From positions 15,624,001-15,688,000 of the forward strand of contig OZ116698.1 of assembly GCA_964199315.1 (NCBI GenBank): DNA of 64,000 bases, read 5' to 3'. Position 1 is the stretch's first letter; every line of letters starts with the position of its first letter. Positions 53,304 through 64,000 of the stretch are shown here, piece after piece. This stretch comes from Orbicella franksi (lineage: Eukaryota). Both the position numbers and the translations under genes were made by a program. Below the pieces are notes generated by a model. That model had not been told where the DNA came from. It did not search any database and saw only the letters and a list, made by a program, of their open reading frames with translations.

Positions 53304-53464
53304 CAATCTTGGACATAATAAATGGAACATTTGGACCACCGCTCCCCCCATTTCAATGATGCCAAAATGGCGCGTTTTTGCTCCCTCGCGCCTTCATCAT
53401 TGCTTTGAAGCGGGGGGGGGGGGGGATGGGGGATAATTGTTCCATTCTTTTCTGTCCAAGATTG
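53304..53464. mobile_element. ~160-bp TA-flanked MITE immediately upstream of FPGS
   Basis: TACAATCTTGGACA / TGTCCAAGATTGTA termini. Confidence 0.7.
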
Positions 53465-53576
53465 TAGGTAAAGAGAGTCTGCCAAGGTAGTCCCAGGCTT
53501 CCCTCGTTATTTGCTTGCGCAAGACGTGAACACGTGAAGAGAAGCTGCCTTGAGTCGGGAACGTTTGTTGATTTTC

Positions 53577-56500
53577 ATGGTGACGATTCTGAAATCCATG
53601 GTTTCTCGTCGCTTTACCTCTGCGGTTCACCTATCGGCAGAAATCATGCAACAGAGAAGCTACGAAGTAAGAAAAACATGTACATTTGTTGCTTCTGGGC
53701 TTGCAAAGCAAGGAATCGTTGTACAACAAGCTAAAATAGCTGGTTTTTGTGTTTGAACTTCAACCATGCTTACAACATAGAAGTTATACATCCCTATTTC
53801 AACTGCATGTGCTTCCTTTTTGTAGGAAGCAGTGAAGAAACTCAACTCACTTCAAACTAATGCTCAAGTCTTGGAGCAGATTCGCCGCAGCAGGGGCCGA
53901 CTTGCCCAAAACAACTTGCCAGAAATGAGGGCCTTCACAGAACGAGCTGGAGTGAAAGTAAAGCAGTTTTCTTTTAATTTGTTAATACGGGAAGAGAATC
54001 TGCTCTTAGATAAACCATTTTGAATTTATTTATTTTTATTCCATTTTATTCTCCTTTTACCTCAATAGAAGCACTGCTAACTCGCACTTGACCTGAGTTA
54101 TTCACTCTTGGTTTCACGTGACGTTATTTTACTTTCGTGACAAATTTTGGCGGGTTCGTCGTTGTTTACAAATATATCCCACCCGAGGCTTACAGTTGTT
54201 TGCGTGCAAACACGATCAACACGATGCGGTTCAGTTGATCCAAAAAATAACACGCAAATTTTGTGATACGTGCCTAAATACAGCTACTTACTTACAACTT
54301 TGTTCTACGAAATGTTTCGTATAACTGGTCATGTGAATTGCAAAAGCTATCGACAGACGCAACACAACTAAACAATAAATAATTTTGCTCTGCAGATGGA
54401 GGATCTGGATAAACTGTCGATTATCCATATCAGTGGCACAAAGGGAAAGGTAAACTGTACACCTTTACTTTGTGCATGTTATTCACTGGGTCAGTTCTTA
54501 AACAGCAATTTACTTATTAAGGGGTTTTTTTCTGTTAGGGCTCAACTTGTGCATTCTGTGAAAGTATACTACGGCATAAAGGCTTCAAGACAGGGTTTTA
54601 TAGGTACAGTGAAAATTTATTGATCGTAATGATATTGCCACTCATTATACATCTATCAGTGTCGATCCTGGAGGGGGGGGGGGGGGGAGGGGTGAGCTAT
54701 CCACAGGCAATTGATTGTGAGTTCTGACCCCTGGGTAGGGATTTTGACCGTGCACAATGTCCCCAGGATACGGAATTGGACACTATCATCATGCATCTTG
54801 AAGGACCAAGAGAGTCTGGTAATGAACTATCTGCAGCCTCTTGTAAATATCCAGAAGTCACCAGATCAGGTAGTGAGGCTTCTGTTCAGATCATGGTGGA
54901 AATCATGTTGAAAGTAGTCAAAGAAGGGTTAGAGAAGTTATTTTTCATCCTTTATACAGGCAATCTATACTTTAAGTCTATACTTGTGTATATTAAAGGA
55001 AAGAGCTTTTGCTTGGTAAATTTTCTGGGTCAATAATTCTCTGCATGTTTACATATTCACGAGTTTCTTTGCCCCAGGATGTAGAATTTTGATACTTCTA
55101 CCAATCATGTTGCCCCAGGAGTAGAGATTTTGACGGTTTTTTTTTTTTCCAGAAAAGGTCAAAATCCCTTCCCTTTGTCTTCTCTCCCCTCAGACGTAGC
55201 ATTGATATTTGCATTAGCTTAAGTATAATTTGTCAAGGTTACTTAAGACTTTCAGGGGTGCCTTCTGGGAAAATCTTTCTGTGTGCACTGTTTTAAAGAA
55301 ACCTGGGTAAACTCTACATCATTGTAAAGCTAATAAACTGTAGAATCCAAAAATAACAATATATTTTGCCAGTTTTGTTTTGGTAGGCGAGTGCAAGCCT
55401 TTAAACGCAAAAATGACCGTACTTGCTAAACTGAATTACCAGCCGTTGTGTTGCCGCGGACATCCAAACTAGCTGGACTATATCACTCAGGAGATGATGG
55501 GCTATGAAAGAGTGTGGGGCTTTTTTGATATTTCTATTGTTGCTTAGAAAATCTCTTTTAAAATTCAACAATAGAAAATTTTCTGACTGCTGTTACTCAA
55601 TGGGACGTCACAACAAAAATATTTGGATTTTTGTAAAAGCCTCACACGCTTTGGTGCGCTAATGTCTGATGAACGTTTTGGTTAAGTTTAGTTAAAATCC
55701 AATAAATCTATATACCCTATTAATTAATTTGAATTGAGGTAATTCACTCAAAAGTAAACCTTGAGTTTTTGGCCTCAAAAGAAATTCACAGTTTTTGCAC
55801 CTCACTGAAATGGTTGTCAATGCGGCCATGCTGCCAAGCAATGAAACGCAACATAGAACTCCCCAGCAAGTTTCATGGCAAAAGAAGGCTACAGGAACAC
55901 TTCCTAGGAAAGGTGCATTGTTTATATTTATAGGAAATAATACATTAGGATAGGCGAAGTTTGTCGTGAAACATCCAGCAGCTTATCAACCTAATCAGCC
56001 GATAAATGGAAAAGAAGGAAAAGGGAAAAAGAGAAATGATTGCGGAATAACCTTTGAATAGGCCTCCTTGGTGAGCCAAGCCGATTGTGGATATTAATTT
56101 TGACTTAAGCACACACATTAAAACTAAAAACGTGATTCATCGGCCTGTTTGTTGCACTAGAATATGGAAAATTTCTCTTCGAAGCAGAGGATAGGAACTG
56201 AAAAGGCTGCCAGGTCAGATATCTGCGATTGACTTTGCCAGTAATTCCACGGCAATCTCATTGTGTGCCAAAAGAGGGCAACGATGAAATTTTCTTTGAT
56301 TTGCACTTGTGTTCAAATTTGGGAACACGAATCACCTAACAATGTATCGCTTAAGAGACAAATATTATATAGTCAACAAAAACGTAGATATCTGTGTTAA
56401 AAATTACAAGACACAAGGGATAAACAAAAGAAGCAAAATAAGAGGAAAAAGGTATGAGCCCGTGGTTGAGATTGCTGCGAAAATTGTTATTGCTCAACTC

Positions 56501-59500
56501 AGTGGTCGACACATTCTAATTGGCTTATCACAGTTTACAGATTGTTTGACTTGTTTTTAAAAATCGCCTTTTTGTGGTTATCTCATTTACGTTTTATTTT
56601 CTTAAAATAATTTTTTAAAGAAAATTTAGATTAAGTAGTAGTTGTGAATTTTGTGTGAAAAAATTAATTTGCACAAAATCGGCCCTTGAAGGTCTACAGT
56701 AACCTTAAGTGAGGATGTTACAAAATGAAGTTGTGGAGCTTGAGGAATGTAGAGAGAGTGCAGACATTCTTAGCACTTAAAAAAGTTTTAAGTAAGGTGT
56801 CTGTCTTAAAGAGGGAACCAGCTCATTATCTCTGCATTACAGTGATGTCTGCCTTGAGAGAGTTGATTTTAGTCATTTAATGGTCACTATTTGGTGTCCT
56901 ACATGTGTACATGTTCTTCTCCTGTTAAGCTCGCCACATTTGATGGAGGTCAGGGAGAGAATTAGAATCAATGGAAAACCATTACCCAAGGACAAGTTTG
57001 CAGAATATTTTTTTGACTGCTGGGATAACCTCTTAAATAATGGTGATGTAAGTAATCAAAGGAATTTATTAAATGTGTTTTTGTGTTGTGCAATATGACT
57101 TGTGTTTGTAACACCTATTTTAATGGTAACATTTTTACTAACATTACTTGTATGGGTCCATTTTTTCTGCTGTCTTCTTATTTTATCTCTAAGGAGAAAA
57201 TTGTCTACAGCCTGTTGCCACTAAATCCAAGCCATGGTGTATATTACCAAGTGAACAATGATTTTGTCTCTTGTGCTACATTGAATTATTGTTAATGGGT
57301 CTTAATTTAGAGAGGTTATTGAAAAACTGTGATTGGCTAATAGTCAGGGCCAGATCATTGCATGTCCATGGGCATATGCGTACTTGCTTCAATATATATG
57401 TTTAACCATAATTGGTTTAATACGTACTCATTGATCTTGTAGGAGGACGGGAAGAGTAGCATGCCAGCGTACTTCAGATTTTTGACCTTGATGTCTTTCC
57501 ATGTGTTTCTTCAAGAGAAGGTAAGCTCAATAAATCTCTGAGTAAATGAGTGAATCAGTAAGAGAGGTAGGGAGTAGGGAGGTAGCTGAGGTAGCGAGTG
57601 AATTAACTTATTCCTGATAAATATTAACTATAGCAAATTTATTTTATGTTAGCAATGTTCTCTAATAATACACATTTTGTTGACAATGTTCCTTTTTTGT
57701 GAATAGATAGTGTACAATTCACAGTAGATAAGTAATTTCAATACTATTGAACATAGTCAATGTTAACAATGTGTGAAATTAAAATGTTGAGTTGATTTTA
57801 AGGACATGTTAGCTGGTGTTTACTGTATACTGAATTGGTGGCTTGGTGAGGCAATGCTAACACATACGATATCGTGATTATTTCATGCCTTAATAGGTTT
57901 TAAAAAGTCAGTTGTTAAGAAAGCTTAATTGAATGTTTTTATTGAGTCATTCTGAGGTATCCTGAAAGTAGCAACCATGGCTGGACAAAATTTTGAGTTT
58001 GTTTGCTTTTCCTTAGAATTTTTATCGCACAAATTTACTTTTATCAGTTTTTGTTCACCTGCCTCTAGGTTGATGTTGTTATTCTTGAGGTCGGAATTGG
58101 AGGTGCTTATGATTCCACCAATATCATCAGGTATGTGGATTGTTTAAGATGGTTTCTGGCTTTGCGCTGAACATTCAAGCAACAAAGGCAAAAAAAAAAG
58201 GAACCAAAAAAACCTTGTAGCATGGTTAACATTTTTAATACAGACACTTAAGAAGACCTTATCAAGACTTATAATAAGCTCTCAAGCTGACCCTGCAAGA
58301 GAAAATTTAACTTGAAGTTATCCAATATTTAATATAAACAGATATTTCACCTCAGTTCAAAACACAATGACACGTGCTTTAAGCATTCTTTCTAGGTTTG
58401 ACTTAAACTTTCTCAAGAACGCTTGAGGATTTAATCGTCAGGTTACTTAGAGAAATCAGTTAAAGTGAGATGTTTCAAATAGTGTTCAGAAAGTTAAAGT
58501 GCTCTGAGTGCCCTTTTTGCTCAAACTTTGAGCAGACTCTGTCTTAATCTTTCTGTTTTCATTTGTCAAGGGTGAAGTTCAGAAAGATGGTTTGGTTTTG
58601 AATACTTCATCTGTCTATCCCAGTCTGTGTGGGTTGATTCTCCTTACTTATATTCATTCATTTTTTATATATACTGTAGCACTTGTTGGAGAGGAAGTGA
58701 TCATAACAGTTCCTGTTGGTGATTAGTTTCAATTTTCTTACAGCCCTCACATATTTAAATTACATTTTATCTAATAGTTGATATTTTGAGATCAGTAACA
58801 TTGTACTCAAAATAAGTTGGTTATTAGTAATATTTTCTATAAAAGTGTAATATGGCACATGAAATTTATCTTTTCAAGGAAACCTGTTGCTTGTGGAGTG
58901 ACATCTCTTGGTATGGACCATATCAGCACACTCGGTGGGACATTGGAGAGTATTGCCTGGCAGAAAGCTGGTATATTCAAGGTACTGACTGATGCTCAGA
59001 TATCAAGGGTGATACTTTGTATCTGAATGGATAATAACTATACTAGTAGTAATCAGAAATTATGAGAGTACGTTCGATGCCCTCACTTTAACATATATAC
59101 CTTAAATAAATGAACTCACTAGCTGACTTTCAACCTTTGTCTATTGCTAAAATCAACATTTTTCAACAGCAACTGAGGTTTTAAAGTCAGATATGCATAG
59201 TGTCAAAGTCCATGCTAGTGAAGATGTCACGATTTGTTTGCATTCTTTGAAAGCAAAAACTAACTCATGCTCAGGTTACTAAGGGCTGTTCATTTCAGCA
59301 GCTGTTATTTACTTAAAAGGTTTTGAGTCCTTGTGTATGTTCTGAACTTATACAGATGTGAAAGATGAAAGTTTCAGCTGTTTTCTACCCTAGGAAAAAG
59401 CTTTTTTAAAGCCCCTTGTAATGAATCTTAAACTGGTAGTACAGAAAACAGCATTATAATGCCCCATAAGAAGGACCTTCTAAAGATGCATTATGGCATT

Positions 59501-62500
59501 GGTGACCTGTATTTAATTATATGTTGCATCATTTTGCGAAGACTTGAGGCCTGGATACATGGTGCAACATTGCACGCAACAATTTCAGGGGTGGATACAC
59601 CATGTAATTTAGCCATTGCACGCAATATTGCACTGTGTATCTGGGCCTTTACTACATAATTGTTGATTAATTTTTACTATAATGGATTAAATGTAAATGT
59701 TTTCTTGTTTTTAGCCAGGGGTTCCTGCCTTTTCTGTTCCACAGCCAGAAAATGCCATGAATGTTGTAGCTAACAGAGCAAAAGAATTGAAGGTAACTTT
59801 AAAAATTAATGATCTGGGAATTTATAGTTTATTTTGTGCCAATTTTTTTCAGTAAGAAAACAGGATCTCTGTAATATTTCTGCAGATTCCTCTTCATGTT
59901 GTTCCATCATTAGAGCAGTATCCAGGAAAACTACCAGGTATTTATTATGATTTAAAGCTTGAAATAGATGAAACCTGATGCGTAGTTTGATTTTGAACTA
60001 CCTGTAGCTGGTAATTTAGAACAAGAATGGATAGTATTTTGATAGTTTACAAAAGCGTGAAGAATGCATAACTATCATATTTGAAAACTCTTGCTAGTTC
60101 TCTCTCTGTCTCCTAACCTTTACCTGTGGTCCTTTAAGAAGATATTGTCTCAGTCAGCCTAGAATTGATGTGTCTTTCACAGATCTCGGCTTGGAAGGAG
60201 AGCATCAGTTATTGAATGCATCACTGGCACTTCAACTTTGTAGTACTTGGCTACGAAGGACACAGAGGAAAGAAAAAGATACGGAAGGTTTGTTGCATTT
60301 CCTTTAATTATTATCAGTGTCCTAAATAGAGCTAACCAGGCACATGTATGTGAAGGCTGCTAGTAGTTGCGCTGCTTTGGATGTAACATCGCTTGTTTGA
60401 AGAACTATTTTTTTTACGCAATGGGAGGACTGGCCCCATGTCTGACCCCCAACTTTGAGGGCCAGGGTTTTCTGTTAGGGTGGCCTTCCCTGAGCCACTT
60501 TCTGGCCCATTCCCCCTAGGGGGTCAAGGCAGAAAGTGAAGTGAGGCCCCCAGTCAAGGAGGGATTATTAGGATCTTGTAGTTTATTATTGGGAACTCAA
60601 TCTGATAGCTGTTTCCTGATTGAAAAAGATGGCAATATTGTACCATGAAATTGATTATGAATCTTCACTTTTTATCTTTTAGTAGAGGAAAATGGAACAA
60701 TCACAACCGAGTCACCTAGTGAAGACCCATCTGCAGATGAACCTTCAGCAAAAAAAGCAAAGTTAGAGGTTCCTGTAGCTCAAACATTTGAAGTTTCTGA
60801 AGTTTTTAGAAATGGTAAGGATACTTTTTCATAGTGACCTAGTGAAAGTCCCTAAGTAGTGAGTGTTAGTTTTTAGAGCATTTATTCATTGAAACAATGA
60901 AAAATATTGATTCTTTATTTTCCATTTCCACTTTTTTAAATGTTCAAGGTTTGAAGAATACCAGATGGTGTGGACGAAATCAGGTGATTGTAAGACCACA
61001 AGTTTCATTCTACCTGGATGGTGCACACACCCCAAAGAGTATGGAGGTACACAAATTTTTGGGTAGCTATTAACTAGAATGGTGACACATTGCTTGGAAA
61101 TACTTAATTGTAACATATTTGTACCTTACAGCTCTCTTTTGATAGACTTCATGGTCTAATGGCTCTGTTGTTGTGGCTAGTTCAAGTTATTGTAACCAAG
61201 AGCCAAGATACCGTAAATGTCCGTGTATAAACCGCATCCGTAGATAAGCTGCACCCCCAATTTGGAAGCGCAGATTTTGGAAAAAAAATAAAAATAAAGT
61301 TTGAAGTTCCAGTAGAGTTGTATTGCTATAAACAAACAAGGACAAAGAATCAAGCTTTCAAACACCGACATAGAAGTTGTTGCCATCTTTCACATTTATC
61401 AAGTCTAAAGAAAGCGAAATTTCATTTGTCGTACCTTCTTTTTCATTTGAATTTACGACATCTTAAACTTAAAATGCTGTTCTGATCCGATTTTTCAAGA
61501 TTATCACTTTGAAACATGCCATAAAGTTGAAATTCCTTTGCCATTGAAACAAAATGACAAGTGCTTAGTAGCCAAGCTTTAAGTGTGGGGAGGAGTCTGG
61601 GACACGGCCTGAGCTTCGTCTGGGCATCATAACAGAAAAGCATGCAGGTAACTTAGCAACGACCAAAGATGCACTCAATATCAATTGGATAGATCTAAAC
61701 TGGGGACTGGGTCGAGTAAACTATAAATAAAAGCATGGTTTACATCATCGCAGTTCAAAACATGGAGAAATTTACTTTCGACTCAGCTGTTTGGGGATAC
61801 CACGTCTGTAAAGATGTTTGGAAACCTGCAATAGGCGAAAAACTTCATGCAGAACAGGAGCTTGATAATGCAGTCGACAAATTTGCCGTGAAGGTGGTCA
61901 AAAACAACAAAGCAGTTGGCCAGTTACCTTGTGAGTACTTACGAATTTTGTGGTATTTTATTGCACATGGTGGAAAGATATGCGTGGAAGTGACTGGCTG
62001 TAGACGTCACTGCAAACAGCTGTGCAGAGGAATGGAGATTCCTTGTAGATTGGTGTTTAGTTGTTTGAGTAAAGTGAAAATTAATCGCTTGAAAGAACTC
62101 TTGGGGAGCAAGATTCACCAATAAAAACTCAAAGACACAAACTGCTCCTTTAGGAGCCACTACTCATGAAAAAGTCAATGAACAACAGCAACACGCTCTC
62201 AGTTTCTTTTATGTTTATTTCTTGACATCTTAAGATGTTTTATGAATATTAATTAAGTTTTTGACAACTCCAAACACAGATGTATCTGTAGATAAGCCGC
62301 ACGCTCGATTTTTGGCTTCAATTTTGTGAAAAAAAGTGTGGCTTATACATGGATGTTTAAGGTATATTTGAGCCCAGCCATGGCCAGGTTCACAGTGTCA
62401 TGTAATTGGACAAGACTCTTACCCTAAAATGATTTACATTTAATAACTCACTGCTTTGACTTTTGTCAACTGAAACTTAATTTATGTCCATTTTTCTTTC

Positions 62501-63950
62501 CAGGCTTGTGCAAAGTGGTTTAAAAAAAGAGCAGATGAAGAAAAGGAAAAAGAAAGGTAATGCTTGGAAAATATTATATAGTATCGGACAGAAGTAACCT
62601 ACCTAGTAAGTTACCGTACCGTAAATTCAAAACTTAGTATTGTTTTTGCAAGTACAGAATCTATTAATGGCATTTCTTAATGCTGACTACCAGTGTCAGT
62701 CTTATAAACAGAGAAAAACATCGATCTTGTCTTCCTTGCAAAGTTAAACTTGGTTCAAAAGGTCAATATTTATTATTAATAATGAAGATCATGTGAAAAA
62801 TTCATCTAAATTTGGTCCAGTGCCAACAGTCCAATTCTATGTAAGCTAACATGTTAAAGACATCAATGAATCTGGAATATATAATGACTGGTGTTTAAAA
62901 TGGTGGAACATTATTAATCAACATTCAGTTTTTTGCTTACTGCTGCCTAATTTCTCTATTCTCAAACAGTGGCAGTGTTGCTCGTGTGTTGCTATTCAAC
63001 TTGACTGGCGATCGGGATCCTAATAGGCTTCTTAAACCAATTATGGTATGTGTTAGCTTCTTATTGACTCCAGTGTGAAGCAGGGAAAGAAATGTTTCAT
63101 TATCACTTTCATCTCAGCTAAAAGTATATATCATCTCAGATATGGCAGGTCTCTGTGCTTCCCCAAATCAGCAAATGTTTTTACAGGCTGAGATGCCACA
63201 CACCCAACCTCCAAATTAAACTAGAGGACCAGGGTCTTCTCAGTCAGGATTAATCTAACCCAGTGTCCTAAAAGAGATGGACTATGGTGATGAAACACCC
63301 AAAAGTATTGTTTCTAAACTGTACTGTGTTATTGAGATGAAGGTAATTAATGCCAGGACAAACTTAAAGTAGTTTTAAACTACAGTGAATTTGGAAAGTT
63401 TACATCTTCTATTCAATGGAGCCACCTATTTAAATACTGTGCCATTAATATAATTATTCAGCAACTCTGGTGTTTCATGTGACTGAAAATACTGCTTCCA
63501 GTGTTGCAATCAATGATAGACATTCTCAAAGTTTCTTTGCAATCTGATCTGTTTTTTTTTTTTTTTGTTCTGAATTTTTGGTGGCTTTTGTCTACCTTCA
63601 TCAGAGTTGCAATGGTTATTGGTCAGGCTATAAACCCATTTGCTCTTGTTTATCGATTTTTTAAATCAATGGCAAGTAAGCGTGAGGGAGACTGTTTATC
63701 TTTTATTTCACTCCAACAAAGCACTGTACACTACATTACTACTACACTTCATTGTAAGTAAACTTGAAAGTAGAGACCTGTTAATCAACTGAAACTAAAG
63801 CAAGTACATATAAGCAGGGTTGTTTTATTTTCCACAATACAATTTTATGCTCACATTATTTACAATATTTCTTATTTCAGAGGTGTAACTTTGACCATGC
63901 AGTTTTCTGTCCCAATGCTATTAACGAGAACCCGAAAAGCATTGATTCAG
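53577..63950 (+). CDS. FPGS: Folylpolyglutamate synthase, at least 16 exons, continues beyond the right edge
   Basis: In-phase exons 53577-53666, 53826-53957, 54396-54449, 54539-54603, 56930-57047, 57443-57520, 58069-58130, 58879-58981, 59715-59792, 59886-59937, 60183-60287, 60683-60814, 60949-61046, 62504-62556, 62970-63045, 63881-63950. Motifs [83 protein letters not shown]. Confidence 0.95.
61211..62362. mobile_element. 1152-bp Tc2/pogo-type TIR element (no transposase) in FPGS intron 13
   Basis: TIRs CCGTAAATGTCCGTGTATAAACCGCA / TGTGGCTTATACATGGATGTTTAAGG; TA on both flanks (61209-61210, 62363-62364); subterminal GTAGATAAGC.GCAC near both ends. Confidence 0.8.
61735..62124 (+). CDS. Stand-alone HIRAN-domain ORF (129 aa) carried by the TIR element; possibly decaying
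   Basis: [55 protein letters not shown] fits the HIRAN pattern (V-x-G..Y, E-x-x-N-x-x-D-x-x-A-V-x-V, G-x-L-P); judged by eye. Confidence 0.6.
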   Translation: MVYIIAVQNMEKFTFDSAVWGYHVCKDVWKPAIGEKLHAEQELDNAVDKFAVKVVKNNKAVGQLPCEYLRILWYFIAHGGKICVEVTGCRRHCKQLCRGMEIPCRLVFSCLSKVKINRLKELLGSKIHQ

Positions 63951-64000
63951 GTACTTATTATTTTCACAGGTCTCGTGTTCCTTATAACTTAACATGCTTT

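Overview
This is intron-rich eukaryotic animal DNA, not prokaryotic, so there are no CRISPR arrays or operons. Gene content, intron style and repeat types suggest a non-vertebrate metazoan, probably a cnidarian or stony coral (inference). By hand-splicing GT-AG exons I reconstruct seven protein-coding genes: INPP5E (minus, runs off the left edge), SURF2 (plus), a 26-exon ASPM (minus, about 2801 aa, about 68 IQ-like units), a secreted EPN-type C-type lectin (plus), a class-V PLP C-S lyase of the Egt2/L-cysteine desulfhydrase/isopenicillin-N-epimerase type with an unexpected hydrophobic N-terminus (minus), DDX39B/UAP56 (plus, 428 aa) and FPGS (plus, runs off the right edge). Two pairs are head-to-head. 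Introns and intergenic DNA carry many MITEs, SINEs and a truncated LINE. Most notable: (1) a complete type I hammerhead ribozyme locked inside a 206-bp foldback in an intron of the lyase gene; (2) a TSD-flanked, partly inverted concatemer of a 253-bp tRNA-like unit nested in a LINE 3' UTR; (3) a Tc2/pogo-type TIR element whose only cargo is a HIRAN domain; (4) long-range RNA pairing plus frame-breaking cryptic acceptors in DDX39B introns, suggesting autoregulatory splicing; (5) human orthologues of most genes lie on MHC-paralogon segments. All gene models and structures were derived by eye; no database search or folding program was run.
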